A stretch of DNA of 64,000 nt from Bacteroidales bacterium (GCA_017649855.1 JAGCGA010000033.1:1016-65015); one strand, 5' to 3'. Positions 1 to 9,248 are shown, numbered from the stretch's first letter. Numbers and translations: made by a program. Notes: a model not told the origin generated them from the letters alone.

Positions 1-831
1 GAATTAGGAACACTGCTTTCCGGACGGTACATAGCCATCAATTTGCAGCCTTTTTCTTTTTCGGAATACGTATGTGCTTTCCCGGAAGATACCAACTCAG
101 ACCGTTTGTTCCGCCAATATATAAATTCTTCCTCCTTTCCCGAAGCGGTAAATTTATCATTGAATTCTCCCGAAATGGCAAATGAATATCTTAAATCGCT
201 CTACGAAACGGTTGTGGTAAAGGACATTGTGAAACGAAACAATTTAAGGAAGTTTGACACATTGAAACAAGTGTTGAACTTCTTGTTTGACAGTGTGGGA
301 AGTGTAGTATCTCCCAACAATATCACAGACGTGCTTCGCAAAAACGTCACAGAAAAACTGTCGCACAATACGGTACTGAAATATCTGCAGTACTTCACCG
401 AATCATATTTGATATACCCTGTGAGGTTGTACAATATAAAGGGCAAACGACTTCTACAAAGCAATTACAAATATTATGTGGTGGATCTGGGACTGAAAAG
501 CATATTGCAAAGCAATGCGTATGATGCTGATTTGGGGCACAAACTGGAAAATGTGGTTTATTTGGAACTCTTGTCGCGGGGTGGTGAAGTGTTCGCAGGG
601 CGGACAGACAATGGCGAAGTGGATTTCGTGGTTCAAAAATACGATGGTCAAAAGGAATATTATCAAGTTGCCTATACTGTTAGTGACAAAAAGACCTTAA
701 ACAGAGAACTTTCGTCATTAAGGAAGATTCGTGATTCATACCCCAAATACCTGCTTACAATGGATTTTGACAACAGTGATATTGACGGCATAAAGAAAAC
801 CAATGTAATTGACTGGTTGCTGAATTCATAA
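1..831 (+). CDS. AAA-family ATPase, C-terminal DUF4143-like part (5' end lies outside the window)
   Basis: Frame 1 is open from base 1 (ELGTLLSGRYIAINLQPFSFSEY...), so the Met at 43 in the ORF track is internal. The overall layout resembles the C-terminal DUF4143 module of Bacteroidota AAA ATPases. Confidence 0.6.
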   Translation, partial: ELGTLLSGRYIAINLQPFSFSEYVCAFPEDTNSDRLFRQYINSSSFPEAVNLSLNSPEMANEYLKSLYETVVVKDIVKRNNLRKFDTLKQVLNFLFDSVGSVVSPNNITDVLRKNVTEKLSHNTVLKYLQYFTESYLIYPVRLYNIKGKRLLQSNYKYYVVDLGLKSILQSNAYDADLGHKLENVVYLELLSRGGEVFAGRTDNGEVDFVVQKYDGQKEYYQVAYTVSDKKTLNRELSSLRKIRDSYPKYLLTMDFDNSDIDGIKKTNVIDWLLNS

Positions 832-922
832 TAGAGTTGCCCATTTCTCGCATTATGGGAACTTGCCGAAATCATGGTGCGTCGTTAAACTTGGTGATAT
901 TGGTAAATGGCAAGCAGGAGGC
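830..922 (+). pseudogene. 5' remnant of a type I R-M specificity subunit (hsdS fragment)
   Basis: It translates to ...HYGNLPKSWCVVKLGDIGKWQAGG, which matches the usual HsdS N-terminus (LPxxW..xKLGDI...GG[TP]). The reading frame then runs straight into a GC-rich non-coding element at about 923. Confidence 0.35.
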
Positions 923-1145
923 AAGAAGCGTGCAGAACGGCAGCTAACGACCCACGACAACCGCCGCGGGCACGCCGGAGATGTGTATGGGTGTGGCGGG
1001 GTGGCGCGATCCCCCACCCCGGACCCCGCCAGGGGTCAAAGCTTGGTAGGACAACGGTGACACGTGCTGCCCCACCCGCGGCGCGGGGTGCATGTGCGAT
1101 GAGGGGGAAAAGGAATCGGCGCGGAAATGAGGCGCGAGGCGACGA
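923..1145. repeat. GC-rich multi-hairpin element A (REP-like)
   Basis: There is an abrupt jump to GC-rich sequence inside an AT-rich island. It contains palindromes such as ccccacccgcggcgcgggg and ggaccccgccaggggtc. Bases 1017-1051 are the reverse complement of 14602-14635, with about 29 of 35 positions matching by eye. Confidence 0.5.
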
Positions 1146-1306
1146 TCACAAATGACAGCCTAACGCCTCGCACCTGTCCTTCCGCACCACGCGGTCGCGC
1201 ATGGGGGAAGGATTTTTAACGTTGCGGGCGATGTTTTGGACAAGTTCACGGTAATTGTCGCTTCCATCATCTTTTTTGTGGTAATAAGGCTTGATAGAGT
1301 TTGTCC
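1146..1306 (-). pseudogene. 3' remnant of an abiH paralogue
   Basis: The minus-strand translation is NSIKPYYHKKDDGSDNYRELVQNIARNVKNPSPMRDRVVRKDRCEALGCHL*. It aligns residue for residue with the C-terminus of the intact gene at 2178-3431 (VSIKPYYHQMDENKDDYRKLVQNIARNFTDPRLMRDRVVRKERCEPLGAK*). No upstream coding part remains. Confidence 0.75.
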
Positions 1307-1421
1307 CCACAGCCGAAAATTACACTATAATATCTCACTGTATTTCAACATCTTATAATTCACTCATATTTACTACTGACGAAATTTATCACTTTTAGTG
1401 ATTTTCGTCAATATATTTTTG

Positions 1422-1429
1422 TATCTTTG
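1422..1429 (+). promoter_or_regulatory. Bacteroidota -7 promoter box TATCTTTG (TAnnTTTG)
   Basis: It matches the TAnnTTTG consensus exactly and lies in an AT-rich context about 114 nt upstream of the ATG at 1543. Confidence 0.45.
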
Positions 1430-1542
1430 CAAAAAATTACTTATACGGTTGTAAATAACTGAAAACTAACAACTGACAACTGATACAGGTATCTAGTTTC
1501 CATTTTTTTATACATTTGCCGCATAATTTAAAACAATCGAAA

Positions 1543-2175
1543 ATGAAGAAAACAGCAATATTTTTAGTCTTTTTTGTGCTTGTCGCACTACTCAACGCTC
1601 AGAATCCAGCCTTAAGCGTTCCTAAGTTCAAGGGTATTGAAATCACGGGGACTGTTGACCAATTTGGCAGCAAGCTTACCAACCAGGGTTTCAAATTCTT
1701 GGGGAATGAAGATTATGGCTCTGTTTACATGGGCAGTTTTGCAGGTATAAATGATTGTCTTGTAATCTTAGTCCCTGTTGTGAATTCTAAGGATATTGCC
1801 TCGGTCAACGTGATTATTGGATTGACACTTTCCGATTACGATGTTTATACTTATGAATCTTGGGACAAACTTCTCAACGACTACAACAATTTAAAAGACC
1901 TTTTGACCCAAAAATATGGAGAACCCACTGAAGATAATGCTGGTTTTGCAGAAGATGCCTCTACGGGTAATTCATTTTTAAAACTACTTTCCGTCAAGGA
2001 AGGGCAATGTGAATACTATTCCATCTGGGGTGATTCCGACGTTGACAAAATGATGGTGGAATTAGCCATCAAGGGCGGCAAAAGCATGGGCTACGAAGCG
2101 GCGGTTATCACATTACACTATTGGAATGTTGATAAAACCAGAGATTCCCAAAAAGAGATACTGGACGATTTATGA
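1543..2175 (+). CDS. secreted hypothetical protein (signal peptide, no lipobox)
   Basis: The internal Met at 1543 gives MKKTAIFLVFFVLVALLNAQ, a classic signal peptide, so the start at 1516 in the track is unlikely. I recognise no family. Confidence 0.55.
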   Translation: MKKTAIFLVFFVLVALLNAQNPALSVPKFKGIEITGTVDQFGSKLTNQGFKFLGNEDYGSVYMGSFAGINDCLVILVPVVNSKDIASVNVIIGLTLSDYDVYTYESWDKLLNDYNNLKDLLTQKYGEPTEDNAGFAEDASTGNSFLKLLSVKEGQCEYYSIWGDSDVDKMMVELAIKGGKSMGYEAAVITLHYWNVDKTRDSQKEILDDL

Positions 2176-2177
2176 TT

Positions 2178-3431
2178 TTATTTAGCGCCTAACGGTTCAC
2201 ATCTTTCTTTTCGCACCACGCGGTCGCGCATGAGACGCGGATCAGTAAAATTGCGGGCGATGTTCTGCACCAATTTGCGATAATCGTCCTTGTTTTCATC
2301 CATCTGATGATAATACGGTTTTATGGAAACACAATTCGGATGTTCAAAAAGAGTGGAAAGAAGTGTTCGGTCTGTAACACCACAAGAGTGCCCCATTATG
2401 CAAATCTGGTAAAAATCCGATTCAATGAAAGCGAGCATTCTCCGATAATTGGAAGCATCAAGATAACGAAATGATTTGATGTGACGCAAATATTCATTGT
2501 CGTTTTTCTTCATAAGCACATTGTATTCGTCATCACGCTCATCCCCATATCCGAAGATAACGCTCTTTGGATTATTAAGTGTCCCGTGAATGTGATTGGC
2601 CTCAAACTTGCCCGGGTTTTCCGATTTAGGAAGGTACATGTCTGCAGTGTTAGTGTAGTTGAAATTGAGAAGCATAATGTTGTCAGGTAGTCGGTATGCC
2701 GGACATGCACTCTCCATAACATTATCGAATATACCAGAACGAATATCTGTCGCAAATTCGTTCTTAAAGTATTTAATAGAACTTTCTGCTGTCAGTAAGG
2801 ATCCATAATCTGTATAATATCCATCAATCAGTTTTTCCCATTCAACATCATCATAATTCAACCGATCCTTCATCATCTCATCCCATTGACTTTTTGATCC
2901 TATGGCTATTTCTTCTTTAGAGATTGGTGCCAATATCTGTTTTTGGATAGTAGGATTGAAGGAATATGTTGGTAGAGAATTCAAATATTCAATGAGTTTT
3001 TCCTTGATGAATTCTAAATCGTCATTAATCTGCTTCGGATCATCACTTGATTTTAAGAAAGCGTAGTAGATGTCTTCAATACTACACCAAGGTTTATATA
3101 TTTCTTTGCAAATTTTCTCAAATAAAAGGCTTGAATTGTAATAATCACATAGATTTCTGTCTCGTTGTGCTATTTCTAATACTTCTTGTTCAGTCCAAGG
3201 TTCATTAGGTTGACTTTTGCAGTAATGATATTTCCACACATCATACCAATTGACTAAATTAATGCTGTCCGATAAAGTAAAGGAGTAAAATCTGTCTCTC
3301 AAAGTTCTCCCACATTCATACAATAGTCGCGCACCCCATTCTTTCCTATACCAATTAATGAAATCAGAATAACGCGTAGGTAGTCTATGTGCCAAATCGA
3401 AGCCGTTACCGATTAGAACCAGTCTGTTCAT
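2178..3431 (-). CDS. AbiH-family abortive-infection protein
   Basis: The N-terminus MNRLVLIGNGFDLAHRLPTRYSDFINWY is the hallmark AbiH start (IGNGFDLAHGLPT.Y.DF). At 417 aa the size is typical. Confidence 0.75.
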   Translation of the reverse strand: MNRLVLIGNGFDLAHRLPTRYSDFINWYRKEWGARLLYECGRTLRDRFYSFTLSDSINLVNWYDVWKYHYCKSQPNEPWTEQEVLEIAQRDRNLCDYYNSSLLFEKICKEIYKPWCSIEDIYYAFLKSSDDPKQINDDLEFIKEKLIEYLNSLPTYSFNPTIQKQILAPISKEEIAIGSKSQWDEMMKDRLNYDDVEWEKLIDGYYTDYGSLLTAESSIKYFKNEFATDIRSGIFDNVMESACPAYRLPDNIMLLNFNYTNTADMYLPKSENPGKFEANHIHGTLNNPKSVIFGYGDERDDEYNVLMKKNDNEYLRHIKSFRYLDASNYRRMLAFIESDFYQICIMGHSCGVTDRTLLSTLFEHPNCVSIKPYYHQMDENKDDYRKLVQNIARNFTDPRLMRDRVVRKERCEPLGAK

Positions 3432-3486
3432 ATTTTTCTTGTTATTGAAAAATCATTCAATATACACCACATTATCATCACATCCA

Positions 3487-4218
3487 CTATTTTTCTTTTG
3501 ATTTCCCTCCCGCAGCATCTTCTGAAATTGGCAACGCAATAAATTCATTCAATTCCTTTCTTCTCAATCTCCATTGAGGAAGATAGTGCGTTAGGATGGC
3601 TTCAAACATTTTATTGTGATTCTTGACCTTCAAATGGGTCAATTCATGTGCCACAACATATTCAATACAGGAACGCGGAACCCTTGCAAGTTCCAAATTG
3701 AAGAGTAAATGCCTTTTCTTGTTGATGCAACTCCCCCATTGTGAACGCATTAATTTGACCTCCCATGTGACATCGGGCTCTTCCATTTTATTGGTCCATT
3801 CAGCAACCATCTCGGACAACAATGACTTTAATTCTCTCCTTTGCCATTCTCTTAGCACCTCTGCACGATGTTCAGTTGTCGTCCCTGGCTGGACTGTCAT
3901 TATTAACCAATCACCCTGTTTGGTAATTGTATGACTACATCTCGGTTTTTCCTCAATACGAAGACGGTAGCGTTGCCCGAAATGGTAGTATGTCTCGCCA
4001 GTCTCATAATTACGTTCGGTTTGCCTTGCTTGTTCAAGAACTTCCCTTCGTTTTTCTTCTATCCATTCCCATTTTGATATAATAAACGAACGAATATCAT
4101 TATCATCAAGATATTCGGGTGAAGACACGTGAACACGAGCATCTGGAGGATAAACCGCCAAATGCAAGTTTTTTATATTCTTGCGTTCTACTGCTATCTC
4201 AATTCCGTTCAGTTCCAT
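3487..4218 (-). CDS. DUF45/YgjP-like (M48-family) zinc metallopeptidase associated with type I R-M
   Basis: It carries the WGSC motif and HELTHL (HExxH). Its ATG at 4218 overlaps the hsdR stop codon as TGATG. The track's TTG start at 4221 is an alternative. Confidence 0.8.
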   Translation of the reverse strand: MELNGIEIAVERKNIKNLHLAVYPPDARVHVSSPEYLDDNDIRSFIISKWEWIEEKRREVLEQARQTERNYETGETYYHFGQRYRLRIEEKPRCSHTITKQGDWLIMTVQPGTTTEHRAEVLREWQRRELKSLLSEMVAEWTNKMEEPDVTWEVKLMRSQWGSCINKKRHLLFNLELARVPRSCIEYVVAHELTHLKVKNHNKMFEAILTHYLPQWRLRRKELNEFIALPISEDAAGGKSKEK

Positions 4219-7200
4219 CAATCAGGAAATTCTATAGTATGAGCGATGATTATCCCTAAAATATTTTCTGCTTCGAAACCCTCACCTTTTAAAGCTTTCT
4301 CTATCTGCCTTAACAATTGCTTCTTGATTTGCTTGTTCTGCCTGAATCTGGGTTGAGCAAATTGTTTAGCTATCGCATATATTCTTAAGGTTAGTTCTAT
4401 GTTCCCGCCCAAATTATCACACAGATTTTTCTTTGCGGCAGTGTCGAGGCGAGCATCCACAACATTGCCTTGCATCAATTCCTCACCAATCTTCTTGATC
4501 TGCTTCAAAAATTCCTTATACTCTATGACACCTTGTCGCAATTCTTCCAATAAACGATTAATACGATCAGAAAAACGCCTATATTCTTCAGGGTTTTGCT
4601 CGCGTTTACGATTAACGACACGACGGACATTCGCCGTCATAGTTTCAGCTACTCCACGCTGACCTCCCAACTCTTGTTCTGCTTCTATATCTACTTCAAC
4701 ATCTCCCGTCAACTCATTTATACTGATAATATCCAAGAAAGAAAAATCATTCAATTCTGCTAATTTCTCACTTCTAGGAGCAACGATATATCGGTCAAGC
4801 AGGCTGCGCATTTGCGCATCGTACAGTTTCATATCCACATAGTCGCCACTTCGTTGCATCAAGGCGTGACGTAACTCGTCATAGTCTTTCACCTTCCGAT
4901 AAATGCTTTCTGTTTCTTCTTTTGTAAACCCAGCTTCTTCCATCTCCATTGCAATGGCTGCATAACGACGGGACAAACGGTTTACTGCATTGTAGAAATC
5001 CTCACGTTTTGTAGCATTCTTAATAACCTCTGCTGCTTGTTCGTCCACAGGCGTATCCGGCTTGAAGCAGAAATAGTCGAAGAAGTTATCCAATTTCCGA
5101 GGCAATTCTACCGGTTCACACAATCGCTCAACATTTTGCAAAGCCTTTTCCAGTTCTTCACGACCTTTCTTTAATCGAGACTTTAACAATTCTGCTATTT
5201 CATCCTTTTGGAAGCCTTCAGTAGTTTCGCCATTTGTGTAACTCTCAATGGCTCCTTCAATAAAGTTGAACAACCCCCTGTAGTCAACGATATAACCAAA
5301 CTCCTTCTCTTCGCCATTCAGTCGGTTTACTCGACAAATAGCTTGGAATAAAGTGTGGTCTATCATCTTTCGGTCAAGATAGAGATAAGTTGCAGTAGGA
5401 GCATCGAAACCCGTCAACAATTTATCTACCACAATGAGCAACTTCATCTCGGCAGGACGGTTAATGAATTGGTCTTTTGCCCATTCCTCAAATTGTTCAG
5501 GAGTACGCTTGCCCATCATCTCCTTTGACCACTTATATTTCAGTTCTTCCTCCGTTTTCTTTTCACCAGCAAAACCAGAGGCCAAATTAATATCGGGTTC
5601 ATAGCTTGAAACGACCGCACAATGATTGGTAAAACCCTCTTCCTTGAACAAAGACCAATATTTATATGCCTCATAGATACTTTCGCAAACCAGCATGGCA
5701 TTACCATAGCCACCTGTTAGAGCCGGCTTTGTTTCCATATCAAATAGGATGTCGGCTATGACTCTTCTCATAGGTTGGTCACTGCTATAGATATTCTGTA
5801 ATTGCGCCCACCTGTCTTTCAGTGCTTCTTTGGCCTTTGGCGTAAGTTGCTGGGTGTGAATTTCAAAGAGCGCATTCAGCTTATCTGGGTCTTGCAATTC
5901 CTTTTCTACATTTCTTGCTTCGTAACGCAAATCTAGGATGACACCATCTTTTACAGCTTCATCGAAACGGTAAGAATGTATATAGCGGCCAATATTATCC
6001 TGACTTGACTTGCGTTCACCTTTCTTCAACAATGGTGTACCCGTGAAACCAATCATCATGACGTTTTCGCCCATAATCATCCTCATGGCCTTGTGCAACA
6101 AACCGCCTTGTGTGCGGTGACATTCGTCAATGAAAACAAACAGATTGCCTTTTGCCTTGAAATCCACAGGCAATTTCTCTGCCACTTCCTTTAGGTATTG
6201 ATCTATTGAACGCTTTCCAGCCTTTTGATATTCCTCTAAATTTTCTTTATCCGACGATGCACCAAATTTATGAATAAGTGTGGTGATCATCCATGGGGCT
6301 GTTGCATCTAACTTTGTCAACAGATCATTGCCGCTCTTGGCATGGTAAAAATCAATGTTATGATTCTTCAAATCAAGCAAGCCTGAATTGCGCAAGCCAT
6401 TGGTAATTTGCTTGTCAAGTTCGTCACGGTCGGTAATAATAACAACTCTTGCATCCTCAATATTCTGTTTAATCCATTTTGCCAGCCACACCATCGTGAG
6501 GCTCTTGCCCGAGCCTTGTGAATGCCAGATAATACCGCTGTCCTTTTTTTCAATGCGAGGGATGGCCGCGCGAAGTGCAAAGAATTGATTGGGACGCGCC
6601 ACTTTCTTTGTGCCACCATCATAAATAATACAATACTGTATGAAATGTATCAATCGCGTAGGCTCCAACATCTGCAACACTGAACGGTCCAACTCATTCT
6701 GAACATCGGCAAATGTTGGCTTGTCAAGCTGTTCATCATCGCTTATACCTGTAGGCTCTTTCCAATGCAAATAGTATTTCTGAGGTGTACAAGTAGTTGC
6801 ATAGAACAACCCTTCACTTGGATTGCCAGCCATACAAAGTTGCGAAGTGGTAAAAAACTGCGGAATATAACCTGATTGCTGGTTACGATAGTTCTGACGG
6901 ATGCCCTCTGCTACAGGAATGCCCTGTCGTTTCAACTCCAGCACTACCATTGCAATGCCGTTGATATAAACCACAATGTCTGGGCGACGGTGTTCCGTTA
7001 CAGGCAGACCATCACACCTAACCGTTACTTCTTCGGCAATCTCAAAGATATTGTTCTTCGGATTTTTCCAGTCAACCAGATGCACGGTCAGGTCTGTTTC
7101 GTTCAAGCCTCTGTGGATACTGACGCCATAGCATAACCGTTCATAAACCTTTTCGCTGGTTTCCATCAACGTCTCGAAGTTAGAACACTGCGCTATTTCC

Positions 7201-7421
7201 TCTTTCAGTTTCCTAACAGCCGACTTCGCCTGTTCACTTGTCAATTTCTGCTCACTTTGCTTCGTCAGAAAATCCATCAAGGACTCTTCCCGCAAATTGC
7301 TGTTTTCCACCTCTTTCAGGTTGCCGATATATTGATAGCCAGGCAGCCTGTCCTTGACAAGCCTCAACACTTGCTCCTGCGTCTCACGTTCACTTTGGGT
7401 TATGTTGTCAATGAATAGCAT
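4218..7421 (-). CDS. hsdR: type I restriction endonuclease subunit R
   Basis: The protein is 1067 aa. It has an N-terminal PD-(D/E)xK-like nuclease motif (RPDIVVYINGIAMVVLELK), a Walker A motif (SQGSGKSLT), a DEAH-type box (FIDECHRTQ) and helicase motif VI (QAICRVNR). Confidence 0.9.
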   Translation of the reverse strand: MLFIDNITQSERETQEQVLRLVKDRLPGYQYIGNLKEVENSNLREESLMDFLTKQSEQKLTSEQAKSAVRKLKEEIAQCSNFETLMETSEKVYERLCYGVSIHRGLNETDLTVHLVDWKNPKNNIFEIAEEVTVRCDGLPVTEHRRPDIVVYINGIAMVVLELKRQGIPVAEGIRQNYRNQQSGYIPQFFTTSQLCMAGNPSEGLFYATTCTPQKYYLHWKEPTGISDDEQLDKPTFADVQNELDRSVLQMLEPTRLIHFIQYCIIYDGGTKKVARPNQFFALRAAIPRIEKKDSGIIWHSQGSGKSLTMVWLAKWIKQNIEDARVVIITDRDELDKQITNGLRNSGLLDLKNHNIDFYHAKSGNDLLTKLDATAPWMITTLIHKFGASSDKENLEEYQKAGKRSIDQYLKEVAEKLPVDFKAKGNLFVFIDECHRTQGGLLHKAMRMIMGENVMMIGFTGTPLLKKGERKSSQDNIGRYIHSYRFDEAVKDGVILDLRYEARNVEKELQDPDKLNALFEIHTQQLTPKAKEALKDRWAQLQNIYSSDQPMRRVIADILFDMETKPALTGGYGNAMLVCESIYEAYKYWSLFKEEGFTNHCAVVSSYEPDINLASGFAGEKKTEEELKYKWSKEMMGKRTPEQFEEWAKDQFINRPAEMKLLIVVDKLLTGFDAPTATYLYLDRKMIDHTLFQAICRVNRLNGEEKEFGYIVDYRGLFNFIEGAIESYTNGETTEGFQKDEIAELLKSRLKKGREELEKALQNVERLCEPVELPRKLDNFFDYFCFKPDTPVDEQAAEVIKNATKREDFYNAVNRLSRRYAAIAMEMEEAGFTKEETESIYRKVKDYDELRHALMQRSGDYVDMKLYDAQMRSLLDRYIVAPRSEKLAELNDFSFLDIISINELTGDVEVDIEAEQELGGQRGVAETMTANVRRVVNRKREQNPEEYRRFSDRINRLLEELRQGVIEYKEFLKQIKKIGEELMQGNVVDARLDTAAKKNLCDNLGGNIELTLRIYAIAKQFAQPRFRQNKQIKKQLLRQIEKALKGEGFEAENILGIIIAHTIEFPD

Positions 7422-7433
7422 AACAAATAGGGT

Positions 7434-9248
7434 TTAGTTGTTCTCTTGAGGCACAAAACCATTGGCGCGCATCCAGTCAAGTCCTGTTTGCCAGCGGTTA
7501 CGGCTGATGCGTTTCTTTGATTCATGCCAGTTGTTCAGGACTTCGTTCAGTATATCGTCATCCGTAAAGGGCTGATGGCTTTGCAACAAGTCACCCCATG
7601 CACTGTAAAGGGTCGCGATAATCTCGCACTGCTCCGTTGGGCTGGATTTAAAGGTGTCGATTATCTTCTCAAACATAGGCATAACATCAGCGTAGTATTT
7701 TTCGAAATACTTCTTGTGTCCGCCTCGGTTCTGCATAGGTATATACTGGTATCCTTTGTCCTCTTTCTTTGCCTCAAACCATTTTTGTTTCTTCAACTGG
7801 CTATCAATAGAGCGGAGCGCTCTGTTGTCGTATGGGCCAGCAGCATCCCTATGATAGTGGGAGTCTATGTTGATGTGGCAAAGATGCTCTGTCAGGAAAA
7901 TCAGCTTTTCCATCTTCACATGTCCGAAGGTAGGTTCCTCGCAAAGACAATCGGCTATCTCTGCCGCCAATACGCTTCTCTTGAAGTACACATTTGCCGC
8001 TTTTGCTTTCGGAAGGTCTTGTTGTTTCGTCTCTGCTTCTATCAATCTTATTTGCCCTGTCAGCAGTTTTTGCATCATCCCTTCTTTCAACCGTATATAT
8101 TTATCTCTTTCTTCTTCGAGAGATTCGATTTCGTTGTCAATCGTAGTGAGAACATTGGCAATCGCTACTTGTTCTTCGTATAAGCAAGGTAGATTAATCT
8201 TTAACGGAGCAATATCTTTGGGGTGAATATGAGGTTGAGCCCCGCCTGTTTGTAATCGAAATATATCCTTTTGCTTTAGCAGTAAAACATAGTATATAAA
8301 ATCGATGAAGTAATCATTGCCTTCCGATATTGTTGAACAGTCTGTCGCAAATATCGGTCCTTTATAGTATGAAATGTATCCCGCATTTGCACCAGAGGCA
8401 CTGATGGTAATTGTTCTACCATTACGATTAGCAACATTATGGAACCCAGCAGGTGTTATTCCTCCAGCAATTACAGGAATATTACCAAATTGATACTCTG
8501 ACGATTTCAACATACATCCACGTTGGATACTGACAATTGTTCCTAATTCACTCTCCACCCATTCCCCATCGAATCCCGGCAACCTTTTCTTTCCAGTCAG
8601 CAATTGCTGCATAGCACCTTGCTTTATCAAGCGTTTCTTCTTTATTGTCTTTGAAAGGGAAGAAATCAGCTTGTCAACACCTGATAATGCCTCCGCTATC
8701 CGGCTCTGCTCCTGCTTGTCTTTGGGATAAACGACAATAGTGGAATCAATGGCCTTCTTCGATAGAGAAAGAACTTTGATTCCTTGCATGTGTGGAAGCA
8801 ACTGATTGTGATACAATGAAGAATTAAAAAAATATCCCAAGTATTTTGGGGAAAACAAATCTTGCTTTGGTCTGTTGACAATTGTATGTAATCCTGCAAC
8901 AATATCACCATTAACATTAATCAGTTCTGTTGCCTTTCCAGCTGTTTCGTCTTCAGCAGTATCAGCAACAATTATATCTCCTGAACGAAGTAACACATTT
9001 GGATTAATCGATATTCCTGTATCATCATTGATGTATGGTAACTCATCTGTTTCAGCGTCAACAATTTCTCCAAATTTCACAAGGACATCACCATAGTGTA
9101 CATTTCGCACAATTCCACTTTCATAATTCAAGCAGTCTCTTGATAATGTATTGGAATTAACATGAAGGAAAGTTTCTCCAACCGAAGACTTTTCCCAGTC
9201 TTCAGGAATCAACCCTATCTCCGTCTGTTTGAATTTTGTTTCAATCAT
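7434..9248 (-). CDS. hsdS: type I R-M specificity subunit with an extra C-terminal domain of about 200 aa
   Basis: It has two TRD halves, each followed by the conserved helices (KRLIKQGAMQQLLTGKKRL and YIRLKEGMMQKLLTGQIRL). The canonical HsdS ends near aa 404, but the ORF continues to aa 604. Confidence 0.85.
   Translation of the reverse strand: MIETKFKQTEIGLIPEDWEKSSVGETFLHVNSNTLSRDCLNYESGIVRNVHYGDVLVKFGEIVDAETDELPYINDDTGISINPNVLLRSGDIIVADTAEDETAGKATELINVNGDIVAGLHTIVNRPKQDLFSPKYLGYFFNSSLYHNQLLPHMQGIKVLSLSKKAIDSTIVVYPKDKQEQSRIAEALSGVDKLISSLSKTIKKKRLIKQGAMQQLLTGKKRLPGFDGEWVESELGTIVSIQRGCMLKSSEYQFGNIPVIAGGITPAGFHNVANRNGRTITISASGANAGYISYYKGPIFATDCSTISEGNDYFIDFIYYVLLLKQKDIFRLQTGGAQPHIHPKDIAPLKINLPCLYEEQVAIANVLTTIDNEIESLEEERDKYIRLKEGMMQKLLTGQIRLIEAETKQQDLPKAKAANVYFKRSVLAAEIADCLCEEPTFGHVKMEKLIFLTEHLCHINIDSHYHRDAAGPYDNRALRSIDSQLKKQKWFEAKKEDKGYQYIPMQNRGGHKKYFEKYYADVMPMFEKIIDTFKSSPTEQCEIIATLYSAWGDLLQSHQPFTDDDILNEVLNNWHESKKRISRNRWQTGLDWMRANGFVPQENN

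Noticed and set aside
863-1155. ORFs 863-1060 and 907-1155, and likewise 14341-14640 and 14403-14702, as real small proteins.
   Set aside because: Beyond the first 20 codons or so (the hsdS relic), they translate to Arg/Pro/Gly-rich strings from GC-rich hairpin DNA. The open frames are more simply explained by composition.
7524-8226. Plus-strand ORFs 7524-8183 and 7867-8226 inside hsdS, considered as hidden antisense genes. The same applies to 9429-9817, 11262-11624 and 13738-14166 in neighbouring genes.
   Set aside because: Their translations are Leu/Phe/Ser/Cys-rich with no motifs. They lie opposite well-supported genes, and AT-rich antisense frames of this length occur by chance.
830-9248. 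A phase-variable hsdS shufflon, with the inverted hsdS fragment at 830-922 pairing with the full hsdS at 7434-9248.
   Set aside because: The fragment is only about 30 codons long. I see no shared nucleotide repeat with the active hsdS, and no recombinase gene is present in the window.
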